DNA from: Hyphomicrobiales bacterium
Lineage (GTDB): Bacteria; Pseudomonadota; Alphaproteobacteria; Rhizobiales; TMED25
DNA: 64,000 nt
Assembly: GCA_038131735.1 (NCBI GenBank)
Contig: JAYPPX010000001.1
Span: forward strand, 960,594-1,024,593
Direction of reading: 5' to 3'
In this document: in pieces, positions 43,223 through 55,375 of the stretch
Position numbering within the stretch: position 1 is the stretch's first letter
Layout of the letters: the number at the start of each line of letters is the position of its first letter
The notes under the pieces: generated by a model
Databases searched by the model: none
Told to the model about the DNA's origin: nothing
The model's input: the letters and a program-made list of their open reading frames with translations, nothing else
Position numbers and translations under genes: made by a program

Positions 43223-46200
43223 ATGAAAAAAAATAATTGGAACTTTTGGATTGATAAAGGTGGTACATTTACAGATATAATTGCTTTTTCACCTCAAAAA
43301 AATCTTCATCTAGAAAAAATATTATCAAGATCCGAAGAATATGATAATTCCATCACACATGGGATAAAAAATATACTTAACAAATATGACTCTCGGATTG
43401 AAAATATCGACACTATATGCATCGGAACAACTTCAGCAACTAATTCACTCTTAGAACGAACTGGCGAAAAAACATTACTAATAGTCTCAAGAGGATTCAT
43501 GGATTCTTTGCAAATTGGTTATCAAAATAGAAATGATTTATTTGATTTACATATCAGAAAAACACACCCTCTCTATTCAAAAGTAATTGAAGTAGATATT
43601 AGGTTACTTCCCAATGGCAAACCTCTAGAAAGATTAAATTGGGATAAAATTCATTCACAACTTAGATCTATCAAATCGAATGAATATACTTCAATTTGTG
43701 TGAGTCTCATTCATGGATGGAAGTATCCTGAATATGAAACTAGATTAAAAAATTTACTACATGATCTAGGACATAAAAATATAACACTGGGTCATGAGAT
43801 TTCTGAGACTATAAAGTACATAAAACGAACCAACACAGGTTTAATAAATGCATATGTCGACCCAATTATCCAAAGTGATATAAATGCAATTAAAGAAGAG
43901 TTTCAAACAGAAAAAAATAAAATAAATCTCAGATTTATGCAATCCAATGGTGGGCTCTCAGATAACAATAATTTTAGAGGAATAAATGCTTTATTATCCG
44001 GACCCGCAGGAGGCATTGTTGGGGCTGTTTCCTCTGCAAAAGCTTCAAAAATAGATAATATCATAACATTTGATATGGGCGGAACGTCAACTGATATATC
44101 ACATTTCGATCATGAAATAGAATATAACAACGATAAAAATATAAACCAAATAAATATCCAGGTGCCAATGATAGACATTGACACAATTGCTTCTGGAGGC
44201 GGATCAATACTTGAATATAAAAACTCAAGAATGACAGTAGGACCAAAATCTGCAGGATCTTATCCTGGACCAATGGCATATGGAAAAGGTGGACCACTTA
44301 CAATTACAGATGCAAACCTCATCCTAGGAAAAATACTGGAAGATCATTTTCCTAAGATTTTTGGTAAAAATAATTCATCTCCATTAAACAAATCTCTAGT
44401 CGTAAGTGCATTCAGTAACATCAGAGATCTTATAGATAAAGAGAAAAGCATTGAAGAAATAGCGGAAGGTTATATCAACATTGCCGTAGAAATGATGTGC
44501 AGAGCAATAAAAAATGTTTCAACAAAAAAGGGTGTTAATTTGGAAGATTACACCCTTGTTAGCTATGGTGGAGCTGGCGGGCAACACGCCTGTTTGATAG
44601 CAGAGAACCTAAACATCAAAAAAATATTAATCAACCCATTATCAAGCTTTCTATCCGCTTATGGTATCGCAAATTCAAATGAAAAATACATCAATCAAAA
44701 AACAATATTATGCGAATTTACCGACCAAAATATATCCAAAATTAAATCTATAATTTCAACCTTGAAAATTGAGAACATTAAGAATTTTTCAACCCAAAAA
44801 ATCTCTCACAAGTCAATTATCTACCTCAAATATTTAGGGACAGATCAAACAGTGAGTTTACGGATAGATGATGATAAATTTGATATTAAAAATATAAAAA
44901 AAAGATTCGAGAAAGCCTACAAGAGAATATATGGATTTATTCCTAATACTTCAGTAATAGTGGATTTAATACAAGTTGAAACTTCAACTAAAATAGCACC
45001 AACTAATATCTTAAAAAGTAACAAAAAGAATCCCACTTCTCATGATTTAACAAGCTTTTTCGTCAAAGGAAAATGGGTGAATGCAGAAATTATCCATTTG
45101 GATTCAATACCAAATAACCAAAACATATGTGGACCCAAAATACTCATTGATCAAAATTCAACTATTATTATTAATGATGGGTGGGTTGCCAGGAAAGATG
45201 ATGTGAATAATATTATCCTAGTAAAGGATGAATATACTAAAAAACAAAAAATAAATACAAAATCACCTGAAATACTTGAAATTTTCAATAACCTATTCAT
45301 GTCGGTGGCGGAAACAATGGGTGAAACACTTAGAAGAACCGCTTCATCAGTTAATATAAAAGAACGCCTTGATTATTCATGTGCATTATTTGATAAGCAT
45401 GGAGAACTAGTAGCAAATGCTCCTCATATTCCAGTTCATTTGGGATCGATGGATGATTGCGTAAAATATTTAATTAGAACAACAAGCAATATCAAAAAAA
45501 ATGATATATTTATAAGCAATTCTCCAAGATCGGGTGGTACACATCTCCCGGATATTACTGTAGTCTCTCCAATATTTTCAAAAGAAAACGAAGAAATTAT
45601 TTATTTTTTGGCTACGAGAGGTCATCATCCCGATGTTGGTGGCATATTCCCTGGATCAATGTCCATTGAAGCAAAAAAATTGGAAGATGAAGGAATTATT
45701 TTTGATAACCTCAAAATTAAAATTAGTGATATTAATCACCCATCAAAGATTATTGACGCACTAAATAATAGCAAATACCCAGCAAGAAATCCTCAGATGA
45801 ATATTCAAGATCTTACTGCACAAATTGCTGCAAATAAGGTTGGTGAGATTGAGATATTTAAATTGATAGATAAATATGGTGAACTTGTCGTTAATGAACA
45901 AATGATAGAAATTAGGAGAAATGCTTACCTTTCATCATTAGAGGTAATTGAGAAACTTGAACCATCAGAATATATATTAAATCTCGATAATTTTATTATT
46001 CAGCTAAAAATTAAAATAGATGAAGTAAAAAATAAAATCATATTTGATTTTAGGGGTTCAAATGCTGAAAATAATAACAATTATAACGCCCCTATCCCAA
46101 TTACAAAGGCTGTCATCATGTTTGTAATTAGGTGCCTCATAAATGATAGTATCCCTCTTAATTCTGGCTTGCTTCAATCAGTGGAAATTGTCTTTGATGA

Positions 46201-46783
46201 TAACTCATTCCTGAACCCATCAAGCGATGCTGCTGTATCAGCAGGCAATGTTGAAATTAGTCAAGCACTCGCAAATTGTATATTTGCAGCTATTGGGAAT
46301 AAAGCATCATGCCAATCAACTATGAATAACTTAATATTGGGTAATAGTGAATTTCAATATTATGAGACAATTTGTGGTGGACAAGGTGCACATCGTGATC
46401 ACGATGGACAGGATGCAGTTCAAACAAATATGACAAATTCAAGATTAACAGATCCTGAAATTTTTGAAGAAACCTATCCTATTAGTATTTTAGAATTATC
46501 TATTAATAAAAATACTGGAGGAATTGGGAAGTATACTGGAGGTGATGGAATAAAAAAAATATTCAAAATTGAACAAGAGATGAGCTGTTCAATATTATCA
46601 AATAATCGTATTTACCCACCTTTTGGATTACAGGGCGGTAATGATGGCAAAAAAGGGGAAAATACTCTAATCAGGAATAATAAAAGTGAAGATCTAGGAG
46701 GTAATTGTCAAATAGATCTTCACAAGGATGATATATTAATAATTCAGACACCATCAGGTGGAGGTTTTGGAAAGTTAAATTAA
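43223..46783 (+). CDS. fused hydantoinase A/B family protein (ATP-dependent 5-oxoprolinase-like)
   Basis: 1186 aa. An N-terminal HyuA-like ATPase ([17 protein letters not shown]) is fused to a C-terminal HyuB-like domain. Confidence 0.8.
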   Translation: MKKNNWNFWIDKGGTFTDIIAFSPQKNLHLEKILSRSEEYDNSITHGIKNILNKYDSRIENIDTICIGTTSATNSLLERTGEKTLLIVSRGFMDSLQIGYQNRNDLFDLHIRKTHPLYSKVIEVDIRLLPNGKPLERLNWDKIHSQLRSIKSNEYTSICVSLIHGWKYPEYETRLKNLLHDLGHKNITLGHEISETIKYIKRTNTGLINAYVDPIIQSDINAIKEEFQTEKNKINLRFMQSNGGLSDNNNFRGINALLSGPAGGIVGAVSSAKASKIDNIITFDMGGTSTDISHFDHEIEYNNDKNINQINIQVPMIDIDTIASGGGSILEYKNSRMTVGPKSAGSYPGPMAYGKGGPLTITDANLILGKILEDHFPKIFGKNNSSPLNKSLVVSAFSNIRDLIDKEKSIEEIAEGYINIAVEMMCRAIKNVSTKKGVNLEDYTLVSYGGAGGQHACLIAENLNIKKILINPLSSFLSAYGIANSNEKYINQKTILCEFTDQNISKIKSIISTLKIENIKNFSTQKISHKSIIYLKYLGTDQTVSLRIDDDKFDIKNIKKRFEKAYKRIYGFIPNTSVIVDLIQVETSTKIAPTNILKSNKKNPTSHDLTSFFVKGKWVNAEIIHLDSIPNNQNICGPKILIDQNSTIIINDGWVARKDDVNNIILVKDEYTKKQKINTKSPEILEIFNNLFMSVAETMGETLRRTASSVNIKERLDYSCALFDKHGELVANAPHIPVHLGSMDDCVKYLIRTTSNIKKNDIFISNSPRSGGTHLPDITVVSPIFSKENEEIIYFLATRGHHPDVGGIFPGSMSIEAKKLEDEGIIFDNLKIKISDINHPSKIIDALNNSKYPARNPQMNIQDLTAQIAANKVGEIEIFKLIDKYGELVVNEQMIEIRRNAYLSSLEVIEKLEPSEYILNLDNFIIQLKIKIDEVKNKIIFDFRGSNAENNNNYNAPIPITKAVIMFVIRCLINDSIPLNSGLLQSVEIVFDDNSFLNPSSDAAVSAGNVEISQALANCIFAAIGNKASCQSTMNNLILGNSEFQYYETICGGQGAHRDHDGQDAVQTNMTNSRLTDPEIFEETYPISILELSINKNTGGIGKYTGGDGIKKIFKIEQEMSCSILSNNRIYPPFGLQGGNDGKKGENTLIRNNKSEDLGGNCQIDLHKDDILIIQTPSGGGFGKLN

Positions 46784-49700
46784 TCAGGACTTATTATTTT
46801 TAACCAATGATTTAATTCATCTTCTGTCCAATTCTTCCTTTGTGCATAATCTATGGCTTGATCATTTGTAATTTTACCAACCCCAAAATAGCGTGACTCA
46901 GGATTACTAAAATATATTCCACATACTGACGATGCTGGAATGATTGCGCATGACTCCGTTAATTTCATATTTATTTTATTTTCAGCATCTAATAACCGAA
47001 GAATCGTAATCTTTTCTGAATGATCGGGTTGAGCTGGATACCCTGGAGCAGGTCTTATTCCTGTATATTTCTCATTTATAAGATCATCGTAACTCAAATT
47101 TTCATTTGGATCATATCCCCACAATTGCTTTCTAACCTTTTCATGAAAAAACTCCGCAGAGGCTTCAGCAAACCTATCACATACGGATTTAAATAAGATC
47201 GATTTATAATCATCATCTAATAAATTAAGCTTTTTATTTACTTCTTCTTCATTAAAATCAATTGATACTGCAAACAAACCAATATAATCATCGCATTTTG
47301 ACTCTTGTGGTGCGATGAAATCAGCCAAACAAAGATTTGCTCTATCATTTCTTCTTGCAATCTGTTGCCGGATTGAGTGCAATGTATCAATTTTTTCATT
47401 CGATTTTGGATCGTAAATATATATATCTTCATTAAAAGATTTCGCTGACCAAAAACCAATTACAGCTTTTGATTCAATAAGCTTCTTCTTAATAATCTCT
47501 CCAATCAAGATATTTGCATCATCAAAAAGATTTTTTGCTGTTGGACCAATATTTGGATCTTCAAATATTCGAGGATAGACTCCTCTTATCTCCCAAGTCT
47601 GAAAAAAAGGTGTCCAATCTATGTAGTTACGTAATTCAACTAAATTTGTCCCTATATAATCTCTAACACCAAGATATGAGGGCTTTTTCACACTTATTTT
47701 TTCCCAATCTATTTTTAATTTGTTAGAACGGGCATCAGTTAGTTTATCAAGACCCCTCTGTTTATTATTAGATGAGTATTGCTTTCTAATTTCTTCATAC
47801 TCATCATTTAATTTATTTAATAATATTTTTTTTCTATCTTCAGATGATAAATCAGACATTATTGATGCTGCCTTGCTTGCATCTAAAACATGAATAGTAC
47901 TTTTATTATCATAACTAGGTGAAATTTTTAGAGCTGTGTGTGCCTTACTTGTTGTAGCGCCTCCAATAAGTATAGGAATATCTAGATTATGTTTTTTGAT
48001 TTCACTAGCAACATGACACATTTCATCTAAACTTGGTGTTATTAATCCAGATAAGCCAATTGCATCTGCTTTTTCATCAATTGCGGTTTTGATAATTTTT
48101 TCAGCAGGGACCATCACCCCTAAGTCAAGAACTTCAAAGTTATTACATTGTAAAACGATACCAACAATATTTTTACCGATATCGTGTACATCACCCTTAA
48201 CAGTTGCCAATACTATTTTCGCAGTCTTTTTTGATGCAATCTCACTATTTTCTTCCATGTAAGGTAATAAATAAGAAACAGCTTGTTTCATAACTCTCGC
48301 ACTTTTTACAACTTGCGGTAAAAACATTTTTCCTTCGCCAAAGAGATCACCAACAACATTCATACCCTTCATCAGAGGACCTTCAATCACAGCCAGAGGT
48401 TCTCCAATTTGCAATCTTGCTTCTTCGACGTCTTCTTCAATATAGTCATTAATTCCATTTATTAGAGAATAAGATAACCTGTCCTCTATATTTGTATTTC
48501 TCCATTCAATCTTCTTAGATTGTTTTTCTGTTGTTTCATTTTGGAATTCAATTGATTTTTGAAGAAGCTCTTCAGTGGCAGAGGCAGATTTGTTTAAAAT
48601 CACACTTTCACATAAATCCCTGAGCTCTGGTTCAATGTCATCATATATAGCAAGTTGCCCTGCATTAACAATACCCATATCCATACCAGCACGAATTGCA
48701 TGATATAGAAAAACTGAGTGCATTGCTTCTCTTACGACATTATTACCCCTAAAAGAAAACGATAAATTCGAAACGCCTCCTGAGATACTCGACAAAGGCA
48801 TATTTTTCTTTAATAACTTACAAGCATCTATAAATGATTGCCCGTATGCATTATGTTCTTCAATGCCAGTAGCAACAGCAAATATATTGGGATCAAAAAT
48901 TATATCTTGTGGTTCAAACCCTACAACATTTACAAGAATATCATAAGCTCTCTTTAGAATATCAAATTTTTGCTCAGTTGTCTCGGCTTGACCATTTTCA
49001 TCAAAAGCCATTACAACAACAGCAGCACCATAAAGTTTGATTTTTGTTGCTACATCAATGAATTCATCTTCTCCTTCTTTCAGACTGATTGAATTTACAA
49101 TTGATTTGCCCTGGATACATTTTAAACCCGCTTCAATTACACTCCATTTAGATGAGTCAATTACAATTGGAACTTTTGCGACATCAGGTTCTGATGCTAA
49201 TAAATTCAAAAATTCTACCATGACTTTTTCAGATTCTAATAACCCTTCATCCATATTAATGTCTATCAATTGGGCACCATTATCAATCTGCTCTTTTGCT
49301 ACTTTTATTGCTTCATCAAAATTATTTTCTTGTATTAATCTTTTGAACTTTGCTGAACCTGTTACATTCGTTCTTTCACCAATATTAATAAAGTTAATAT
49401 TGCTTTCTTTGTTGAATGCTTCTAGCCCTGATACCCTGAGTATTGGCTTTTGTTGAGATGGTATTCTTGGTTTTATTCCCCTTGTAATATCAGCGATGTG
49501 TTCTATGTGCTCAGGCGAAGTACCGCAGCAACCACCTACTATATTGAGCATGCCATCTTTAGCAAACTCTTCTATGATGTGCGCTGTTTCATGTGGCATT
49601 TCATCATATTGACCTAACTCATTCGGTAATCCTGCATTAGGGTAGGCTGAAATCAAAGTATCCGAAAGATTTGATAATTCTAGTAAATGTGATCTCATTT

Positions 49701-50442
49701 GTGAGGCACCTAATGCACAATTTAAACCCACTGAAAATGGCTTGGCATATCTAATTGAATTCCAAAATGCTTCAACTGTTTGACCAGACAATGTCCTTCC
49801 TGATAGATCTGTTATGGTTCCAGACAGCATCAATGGTTTATAAGTTTTTAATTTTTGATAAGTTTTTTGAACAGCATAAATTGCTGCCTTTGCATTGAGT
49901 GTATCAAATATTGTTTCAATCAAAATTATATCAGCACCACCAACTAACAATCCCTCTGCAGCTTCAGCATATGAAGTTACAAGATCATCAAAAGTAACTG
50001 CTCGAAATGATGGGTTTTGTACATCTGGAGACATGGATGCAGTTTTGTTGGTAGGTCCAAGCGCGCCAGCAACAAAAATCTGTTTACCATTTTCTTCAAA
50101 GTATTCTCTTGAAACATTTTTAGCAATCATTGCAGATTTTCTATTCATCTCATAAACAAGCTTCTCATTACCATAATCTGCTTGAGAAATAGAGTTTGAT
50201 GAGAATGTGTTTGTTTCAATTATATCAGCGCCAGCATCACAGTATGATTTGTGAATATCCCTTATCAGGTCAGGTTGGGTAATAGATAGTATATCATTAT
50301 TCCCTTTTTGATCGAATTTAGAGTCCAAAAGTTCCTGCCCTCGAAAATCATCTTCGGAAAGCTCAAATTTTTGAATTTCAGTCCCCATTGCACCATCAAT
50401 AATGAGAATTCGTTCTTTCGCTATTCTGTCTAATTCATTCAT
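46780..50442 (-). CDS. metH: cobalamin-dependent methionine synthase
   Basis: 1220 aa. Hcy-binding GGCCGT, a pterin-binding domain, B12 motif [11 protein letters not shown], and a C-terminal AdoMet activation domain. Confidence 0.95.
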   Translation of the reverse strand: MNELDRIAKERILIIDGAMGTEIQKFELSEDDFRGQELLDSKFDQKGNNDILSITQPDLIRDIHKSYCDAGADIIETNTFSSNSISQADYGNEKLVYEMNRKSAMIAKNVSREYFEENGKQIFVAGALGPTNKTASMSPDVQNPSFRAVTFDDLVTSYAEAAEGLLVGGADIILIETIFDTLNAKAAIYAVQKTYQKLKTYKPLMLSGTITDLSGRTLSGQTVEAFWNSIRYAKPFSVGLNCALGASQMRSHLLELSNLSDTLISAYPNAGLPNELGQYDEMPHETAHIIEEFAKDGMLNIVGGCCGTSPEHIEHIADITRGIKPRIPSQQKPILRVSGLEAFNKESNINFINIGERTNVTGSAKFKRLIQENNFDEAIKVAKEQIDNGAQLIDINMDEGLLESEKVMVEFLNLLASEPDVAKVPIVIDSSKWSVIEAGLKCIQGKSIVNSISLKEGEDEFIDVATKIKLYGAAVVVMAFDENGQAETTEQKFDILKRAYDILVNVVGFEPQDIIFDPNIFAVATGIEEHNAYGQSFIDACKLLKKNMPLSSISGGVSNLSFSFRGNNVVREAMHSVFLYHAIRAGMDMGIVNAGQLAIYDDIEPELRDLCESVILNKSASATEELLQKSIEFQNETTEKQSKKIEWRNTNIEDRLSYSLINGINDYIEEDVEEARLQIGEPLAVIEGPLMKGMNVVGDLFGEGKMFLPQVVKSARVMKQAVSYLLPYMEENSEIASKKTAKIVLATVKGDVHDIGKNIVGIVLQCNNFEVLDLGVMVPAEKIIKTAIDEKADAIGLSGLITPSLDEMCHVASEIKKHNLDIPILIGGATTSKAHTALKISPSYDNKSTIHVLDASKAASIMSDLSSEDRKKILLNKLNDEYEEIRKQYSSNNKQRGLDKLTDARSNKLKIDWEKISVKKPSYLGVRDYIGTNLVELRNYIDWTPFFQTWEIRGVYPRIFEDPNIGPTAKNLFDDANILIGEIIKKKLIESKAVIGFWSAKSFNEDIYIYDPKSNEKIDTLHSIRQQIARRNDRANLCLADFIAPQESKCDDYIGLFAVSIDFNEEEVNKKLNLLDDDYKSILFKSVCDRFAEASAEFFHEKVRKQLWGYDPNENLSYDDLINEKYTGIRPAPGYPAQPDHSEKITILRLLDAENKINMKLTESCAIIPASSVCGIYFSNPESRYFGVGKITNDQAIDYAQRKNWTEDELNHWLKIISPD

Positions 50443-51315
50443 TTATTTCACACTATCAATGTTTAATTTGTTAATAATTTGATCCATTAAAGATATCTGA
50501 TTTAAGCTGTAGATATGAAGATTATTTATCCCATTTTCAATAAGATCTCTAGCCTGATCAGCAATAATTGATAAAATAATATCTAACTGCTGTTCATTAT
50601 TTAAATTATTAAAATGATGATTAAAAATTCCTTCGAATTTTTTTGGTATGCTAGCTCCGCATTTAATTGAGAATTCTCGGATTTTTTGGAAATTGGTAAT
50701 TGGTATTATTCCTGGTATTAGATTTGCCCCAATTTTACTTCTATCCAATAATTCACTGAAAGTATAAAAGAGATTATTATCAAAAAAATATTGAGTTATT
50801 ATATCATTTGATCCGCTATTGACCTTATCTTTTAAATTTTCAATATCAGCTTTCAAATTTTCTGAGTCAGGATGTGTTTCTGGATATCCTGCACAATATA
50901 CTTGAATATCAGACAGCTTTTTAATTGCTTTTATCAATTCACCTGTTTTTTGGAATCCTTCTGGATGTGCCTTATATTTTTTTGAGATATTGTTTGGAGA
51001 GTCTCCTCGTAACGCAAGGATCTTATTTACACCAATTTTAAGATAATATTCAACTAAGCTCATTGTATCGCTTATGGAAGCGTCAACGCATGTTAAATGA
51101 GCTGCAACATCTATATCTGTGTCTTGGTGTATTCTTCTGACTAAATCCATGGTTTTATCTCGATTTGAACCACCTGCGCCATATGTTACTGATATGAAAC
51201 TCGGCTTATGTATTAGTGCGTTTATTTTTTCAACGAGTTTAACGTTATTACTAATTTCCTGAGGTGGAAAAACCTCATATGAAAAATTGATATTTTTTTG
51301 GAAAATATTACTCAT
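50443..51315 (-). CDS. metF: 5,10-methylenetetrahydrofolate reductase
   Basis: 290 aa with the MTHFR pattern FSYEVFPP...HLTC...ALRGD. It abuts the metH start. Confidence 0.9.
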   Translation of the reverse strand: MSNIFQKNINFSYEVFPPQEISNNVKLVEKINALIHKPSFISVTYGAGGSNRDKTMDLVRRIHQDTDIDVAAHLTCVDASISDTMSLVEYYLKIGVNKILALRGDSPNNISKKYKAHPEGFQKTGELIKAIKKLSDIQVYCAGYPETHPDSENLKADIENLKDKVNSGSNDIITQYFFDNNLFYTFSELLDRSKIGANLIPGIIPITNFQKIREFSIKCGASIPKKFEGIFNHHFNNLNNEQQLDIILSIIADQARDLIENGINNLHIYSLNQISLMDQIINKLNIDSVK

Positions 51316-52273
51316 GGTTTTTCCCCAGCCATGCCATTACTTTTAGCTCGTTGATATTTGGTTGTTTGAATGAGACGGCTTTAGTTTTATCAACTAAACC
51401 AATATTTGATTTTTGAAAATAATCTTTAATTTGAGTTTCATCAAAACCTAACCTCCTATGTGAAAAGTTCGTTCTTAAAAATTCATTTTGATGTTTTAGG
51501 TAATCAACAATCAATATGAAACCTTCCTTATTAAGTAATTTCTTAGCTTCCCTGATTAAATCCTGAGGTTTATCAAAATAATGAAGTACTTGATGATAGA
51601 TAACAAGATCTGCTTTGCCGTATGATTCTATAGCCTCTGTTTGTGTTATATCGCCAAAGATTATTTTACAATTATTTCTATTATCTTGAGTAAGCTTTGA
51701 CTTTGCCATTTTTATAACTGTGTGATTATTATCAATACCTACACACGTTTTTGATAATGATGAAAAAAGTGATAGCATTTTTCCTGATCCAGTTCCCATA
51801 TCAAAAAGATTGTTCATTGGTGTATGGATGTTTTTGATAATAATTTCACGTAGTTGATTATCTAGAGCAACGTTACTAAATTGATTAAGCGGATCAACAT
51901 AATATTGTTCTTTATATTGTTTAAAAAAGAAATCATTTGCATCATTTAATCTTGATTTTTGTAGATCATATAATCTTTGAATGTCTCTTTCTTTTGGATT
52001 TTTGTAAGTTTTATCTTTTAGTAAATAATCTAATAAATACTTATTAGATTTATCATTATTTAATTTACAAAAAACCCATCCACCCTCTTTAATTCGGGTA
52101 ATTAAACCAGCCTCATCTAATATTCTAAGATGTCTTGAAACCCTGGGTTGGCTCTGATCTAAGGAGTGAACAATATCTTGAACGCTCAGCTCACCATCAA
52201 TTAATAGATTAATTATTCGGAGACGCGTTTCATCTGCAAGGGCCGCAAAAGTTTTTATTTTTTGTTCTAACAT
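51308..52273 (-). CDS. ArsR-type HTH fused to a SAM-methyltransferase-like domain (SahR-type regulator candidate)
   Basis: N-terminal FAALADETRLRIINLL..GELSVQDIV (ArsR wHTH). The C-terminal half has an MTase motif I-like DMGTGSGK. It overlaps metF by 8 nt. Confidence 0.7.
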   Translation of the reverse strand: MLEQKIKTFAALADETRLRIINLLIDGELSVQDIVHSLDQSQPRVSRHLRILDEAGLITRIKEGGWVFCKLNNDKSNKYLLDYLLKDKTYKNPKERDIQRLYDLQKSRLNDANDFFFKQYKEQYYVDPLNQFSNVALDNQLREIIIKNIHTPMNNLFDMGTGSGKMLSLFSSLSKTCVGIDNNHTVIKMAKSKLTQDNRNNCKIIFGDITQTEAIESYGKADLVIYHQVLHYFDKPQDLIREAKKLLNKEGFILIVDYLKHQNEFLRTNFSHRRLGFDETQIKDYFQKSNIGLVDKTKAVSFKQPNINELKVMAWLGKNHE

Positions 52274-52277
52274 TTTT

Positions 52278-52309
52278 CTATATAAAGATATCTTTATATC
52301 TTTATATAG
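52278..52309. promoter_or_regulatory. candidate operator: perfect 20-bp palindrome ATATAAAGAT|ATCTTTATAT (52280-52299) plus an extra half-site CTTTATATAG
   Basis: Read directly from the sequence. It begins 7 nt upstream of the sahR-like ATG. Confidence 0.45.
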
Positions 52310-52532
52310 AAAGCACTTTCAATATGCAAGAAAATTATAATTATTATTTTTTAAAATTCTAACTTTTAGAAAGCTCTCAAAACTGTTGAAAACATTGATA
52401 ATTCAAGAAAAATATATTGTTTTATTTTAAATAAAAATTAAGTATATTTATATAAATTAAATAATATAGCGAGAATCATTAATCTCACTAGTATTTCAGC
52501 TCTACAAAAATATTTAGGTAGAAAAAATAAAA

Positions 52533-53663
52533 ATGAATATACACAATAAGATCAGACCAATTATTTGTGGCCCGATACTTGCTATTCCTTTTTTATTTGC
52601 CAGTGCCTTTCATGCAAATGCAGATGTATTTATTCCTTTTGAACAAACAATAGCTGATCAATACAACATGCCTGCAGCAACTGAGGAAGTTGAAGAAGTT
52701 GCTGAGCCCGTTGCTGTTGTATCATTTGAACAAACAATAGCTGATCAATACAATATGCCTGCAGCAACTGAGGAAGTTGAAGAAGTTGCTGAGCCCGTTG
52801 CTGTTGTATCATTTGAACAAACAATAGCTGATCAATACAATATGCCTGCAGCAACTGAGGAAGTTGAAGAAGTTGCTGAGCCCGTTGCTGTTGTATCATT
52901 TGAACAAACAATTGAAGACCAATACAACTCTCCATATGCAGTAACTGAAATAGTAGAAGAGGATGCTTCTGAAGAAGCCTTCGATTATTCCTTGTATGAT
53001 CCAAATGAAGAAGAAAACAGGAAAGCTTTTGAATTCCATCAAAAATTAGACAAAAATCTCTTCAAACCTCTAGCTAAAGCATACAGAGATGTTGTCCCAG
53101 AAGGGGGCAGAAAGGCAATCAAAAACTTCTTGCATAATTTGGAAACGCCAACTGTTCTCATGAATGATGTTTTACAAGGGGAACAAGAAAGAGCTGGCAC
53201 TACAGTGAATAGGTTCGTTATAAACTCAACTGTTGGCTTTCTTGGTTTTGGTGATCCAGCTACTGATTTAGGATATGAACGACACACAGAAGATTTTGCT
53301 CAAACATTAGCTGTATATGGTGTTGAATCCGGTCCTTACTCCTATTCACCAATCTTTGGCCCAACAACAGAAAGACACACAACTGGACGTGTTGTTGATT
53401 TTCTAACACATCCCCTAACATGGTACTTTAGTGACCAAGATGCAACTGTTGGTCTAACGTATGGAGCAACTCGGGTGGTTTCAACAAGGGAAGATTTACT
53501 CGATGCATTGGATGATATTGAAATGGATAGTACAGACTATTATGTTTCAATTAGAAGTATGTACAGACAAATGAGAGAAAACCAAATTAACAATGGACTT
53601 TTTGGTGATGACCCTTCTCAATTTTCAATTGACACAGGTATAGATCTCAACTTAGTATTCTAA
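52533..53663 (+). CDS. mlaA: MlaA/VacJ-family protein with a repeat-expanded acidic N-terminal region
   Basis: The C-terminal 240 aa have the VacJ pattern (NR..F.FN...D....P.A..Y....P......N.. and so on: FEFHQKLDKNLFKPLAKAYRDVVP..GRKAIKNFLHNLETPTVLMNDVLQG). A signal peptide is present. Confidence 0.8.
   Translation: MNIHNKIRPIICGPILAIPFLFASAFHANADVFIPFEQTIADQYNMPAATEEVEEVAEPVAVVSFEQTIADQYNMPAATEEVEEVAEPVAVVSFEQTIADQYNMPAATEEVEEVAEPVAVVSFEQTIEDQYNSPYAVTEIVEEDASEEAFDYSLYDPNEEENRKAFEFHQKLDKNLFKPLAKAYRDVVPEGGRKAIKNFLHNLETPTVLMNDVLQGEQERAGTTVNRFVINSTVGFLGFGDPATDLGYERHTEDFAQTLAVYGVESGPYSYSPIFGPTTERHTTGRVVDFLTHPLTWYFSDQDATVGLTYGATRVVSTREDLLDALDDIEMDSTDYYVSIRSMYRQMRENQINNGLFGDDPSQFSIDTGIDLNLVF
52638..52930 (+). 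repeat. 87-bp (29-codon) tandem repeat, 3 near-identical units plus a degenerate partial fourth
   Basis: Units start at 52638, 52725, 52812 and 52899. Units differ by one synonymous AAC/AAT change and encode FEQTIADQYNMPAATEEVEEVAEPVAVVS. Confidence 0.97.
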
Positions 53664-53684
53664 CTTAGTCAAACTAGGTTAAAA

Positions 53685-54305
53685 ATGTTCAAACTCACTA
53701 AAACTATTTTAAAGATTTCTTTAATAGCCTTCTTTATCAATCCTAATACTTCGCTCGCAAATGAGTTATGCGACAATGCATTATTATTCGCTAATGAGTT
53801 AACTGATAACACCATCGAAATTTTAAATTCTAATGAATTAACAAACAATCAAAAGAAAACACAAATTTCTGACTTACTTACCATAAATGTAGATTTTACC
53901 ACTATGGGTAAAATTATGCTTGGTAAATATGCAAGAAAGATTAATGAAGAACAAGAGCTCCTTTACTATGAAATTATAGAAAAGATGGTATCCAAAACTA
54001 TCTATGATAGACTTGAAACTAATGAAGATCCCGACGTTATATATTCAATATCAAATGATACTTGTCGTGAAAAAGGATCCAAAGGAAAAGAATTCCTCAT
54101 AGATGGTGATGTTATGAAAAATGACTCCAGACTTGCTTCAATTCGTTGGTGGCTAATATTGAACAAAGATAATGAATACAAAGTGGTTGATCTAACCCTA
54201 GCTGGATTATCACTCACACTTCAAAAGAAAGAAGAATTTACATCTTATCTATCAAATAAGTCCATCGATATGTTAATCGCAGATTTATCCAAGAAATTTG
54301 ATTAA
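53685..54305 (+). CDS. mlaC: MlaC/Ttg2D-like periplasmic lipid-binding protein
   Basis: Signal peptide, about 200 aa, and the pattern D...M....LG..........Q...F............Y. Adjacent to mlaA. Confidence 0.65.
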   Translation: MFKLTKTILKISLIAFFINPNTSLANELCDNALLFANELTDNTIEILNSNELTNNQKKTQISDLLTINVDFTTMGKIMLGKYARKINEEQELLYYEIIEKMVSKTIYDRLETNEDPDVIYSISNDTCREKGSKGKEFLIDGDVMKNDSRLASIRWWLILNKDNEYKVVDLTLAGLSLTLQKKEEFTSYLSNKSIDMLIADLSKKFD

Positions 54306-54319
54306 TATACTAAATTAAA

Positions 54320-55375
54320 ATGTCTCTAAAAATAGCTATAATGAATGGAGATGACATTGGTAATGAGATTGTGCCAATGGCTAAGTTAGTATTAAGTGAA
54401 ACGCTTAACACTCTTGGATACAGTATTGAACTAGTTGAATTACCCATTGGAAAATTAGCTCATAGTGAATATGGTGATACCTTTCCTGAATACACAATCT
54501 CCAAATTAAATGAAGTCAATGGAATGATTTGTGGACCTATTGGGCATAATAATTATCCACGAAATGACTCAACCTGGAAAATGCCTCCTATAAGAAAGCA
54601 ATTTGAATTATATGCCGCCATAAGACCTGCAAAATCATATGATCAATCAAAGAATATAGATATCATATTCGTTAGAGAATTAACTGAGGGTCTGCAGAGT
54701 TCAGACACAATTGTTGGAGGATATCCTGAATTTCGTCCAAATGATGAAATTACTATAGCATCAAGAGTTATTACAAGAAAAGGATCAAATAGAGTAGCTA
54801 AAGCTGCATTTGATATTGCTGTAAGTAAAAATAGATCCAAAGTTACAGCAGCACATAAGGAACCACTATTCAGGTTAAGTTGTGGTATGTTCCTTGAAGA
54901 ATGTGTAAAAGTTTCAAAAGAATATCCTTCAATCTCTTATGAAGACACACTTATTGATACAACTGCAATGCACCTAGTTTCAAATCCAGAGTCATTTGAT
55001 GTTGTTGTAACAACAAATCAATTTGGAGATATATTAAGTGATATTGGAGCAGGTTTAATTGGCTCAATTGGTATGGCGCCAGGTCTTTGTATTGGAGAAA
55101 ATGTTGCAATGGCTCAAGCAACACATGGTTCTGCGCCTGATATTGCAGGAAAAAATATTGCTAACCCATATGCTATGATTATGTCAACATCAATGCTCTT
55201 ATCATGGATGGGCTCTAAATATAATGAAGAAAAATTAATTATAGCTGCAAATATTATTGAGAAGTCAGCATTAGAAGTAATCAAAGAAAAAAAATACTTA
55301 ACAGCAGATATTGGAGGAAAGGCCTCTACTGTTGATATGACAAATGCAATACTAGAGAAAATAAAAACTAAATAG
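54320..55375 (+). CDS. isocitrate/isopropylmalate dehydrogenase-family oxidoreductase (substrate unknown)
   Basis: Motifs GDDIGNEIV, FVRELTEG, NQFGDILSDIGAGLIGSIGMAP and THGSAPDIAGKNIANP. Confidence 0.8.
   Translation: MSLKIAIMNGDDIGNEIVPMAKLVLSETLNTLGYSIELVELPIGKLAHSEYGDTFPEYTISKLNEVNGMICGPIGHNNYPRNDSTWKMPPIRKQFELYAAIRPAKSYDQSKNIDIIFVRELTEGLQSSDTIVGGYPEFRPNDEITIASRVITRKGSNRVAKAAFDIAVSKNRSKVTAAHKEPLFRLSCGMFLEECVKVSKEYPSISYEDTLIDTTAMHLVSNPESFDVVVTTNQFGDILSDIGAGLIGSIGMAPGLCIGENVAMAQATHGSAPDIAGKNIANPYAMIMSTSMLLSWMGSKYNEEKLIIAANIIEKSALEVIKEKKYLTADIGGKASTVDMTNAILEKIKTK

Noticed and set aside
52638-52930. Possible CRISPR array.
   Set aside because: The units are directly abutting with no unique spacers, are in-frame within a CDS, and no cas genes are present.
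52630-53004. 124-aa minus-strand ORF with a Q/L-rich repeated sequence.
   Set aside because: It is the antisense reading of the mlaA 87-bp tandem repeat. Its periodicity is inherited from the repeat, and the sense frame continues into a conserved VacJ domain.
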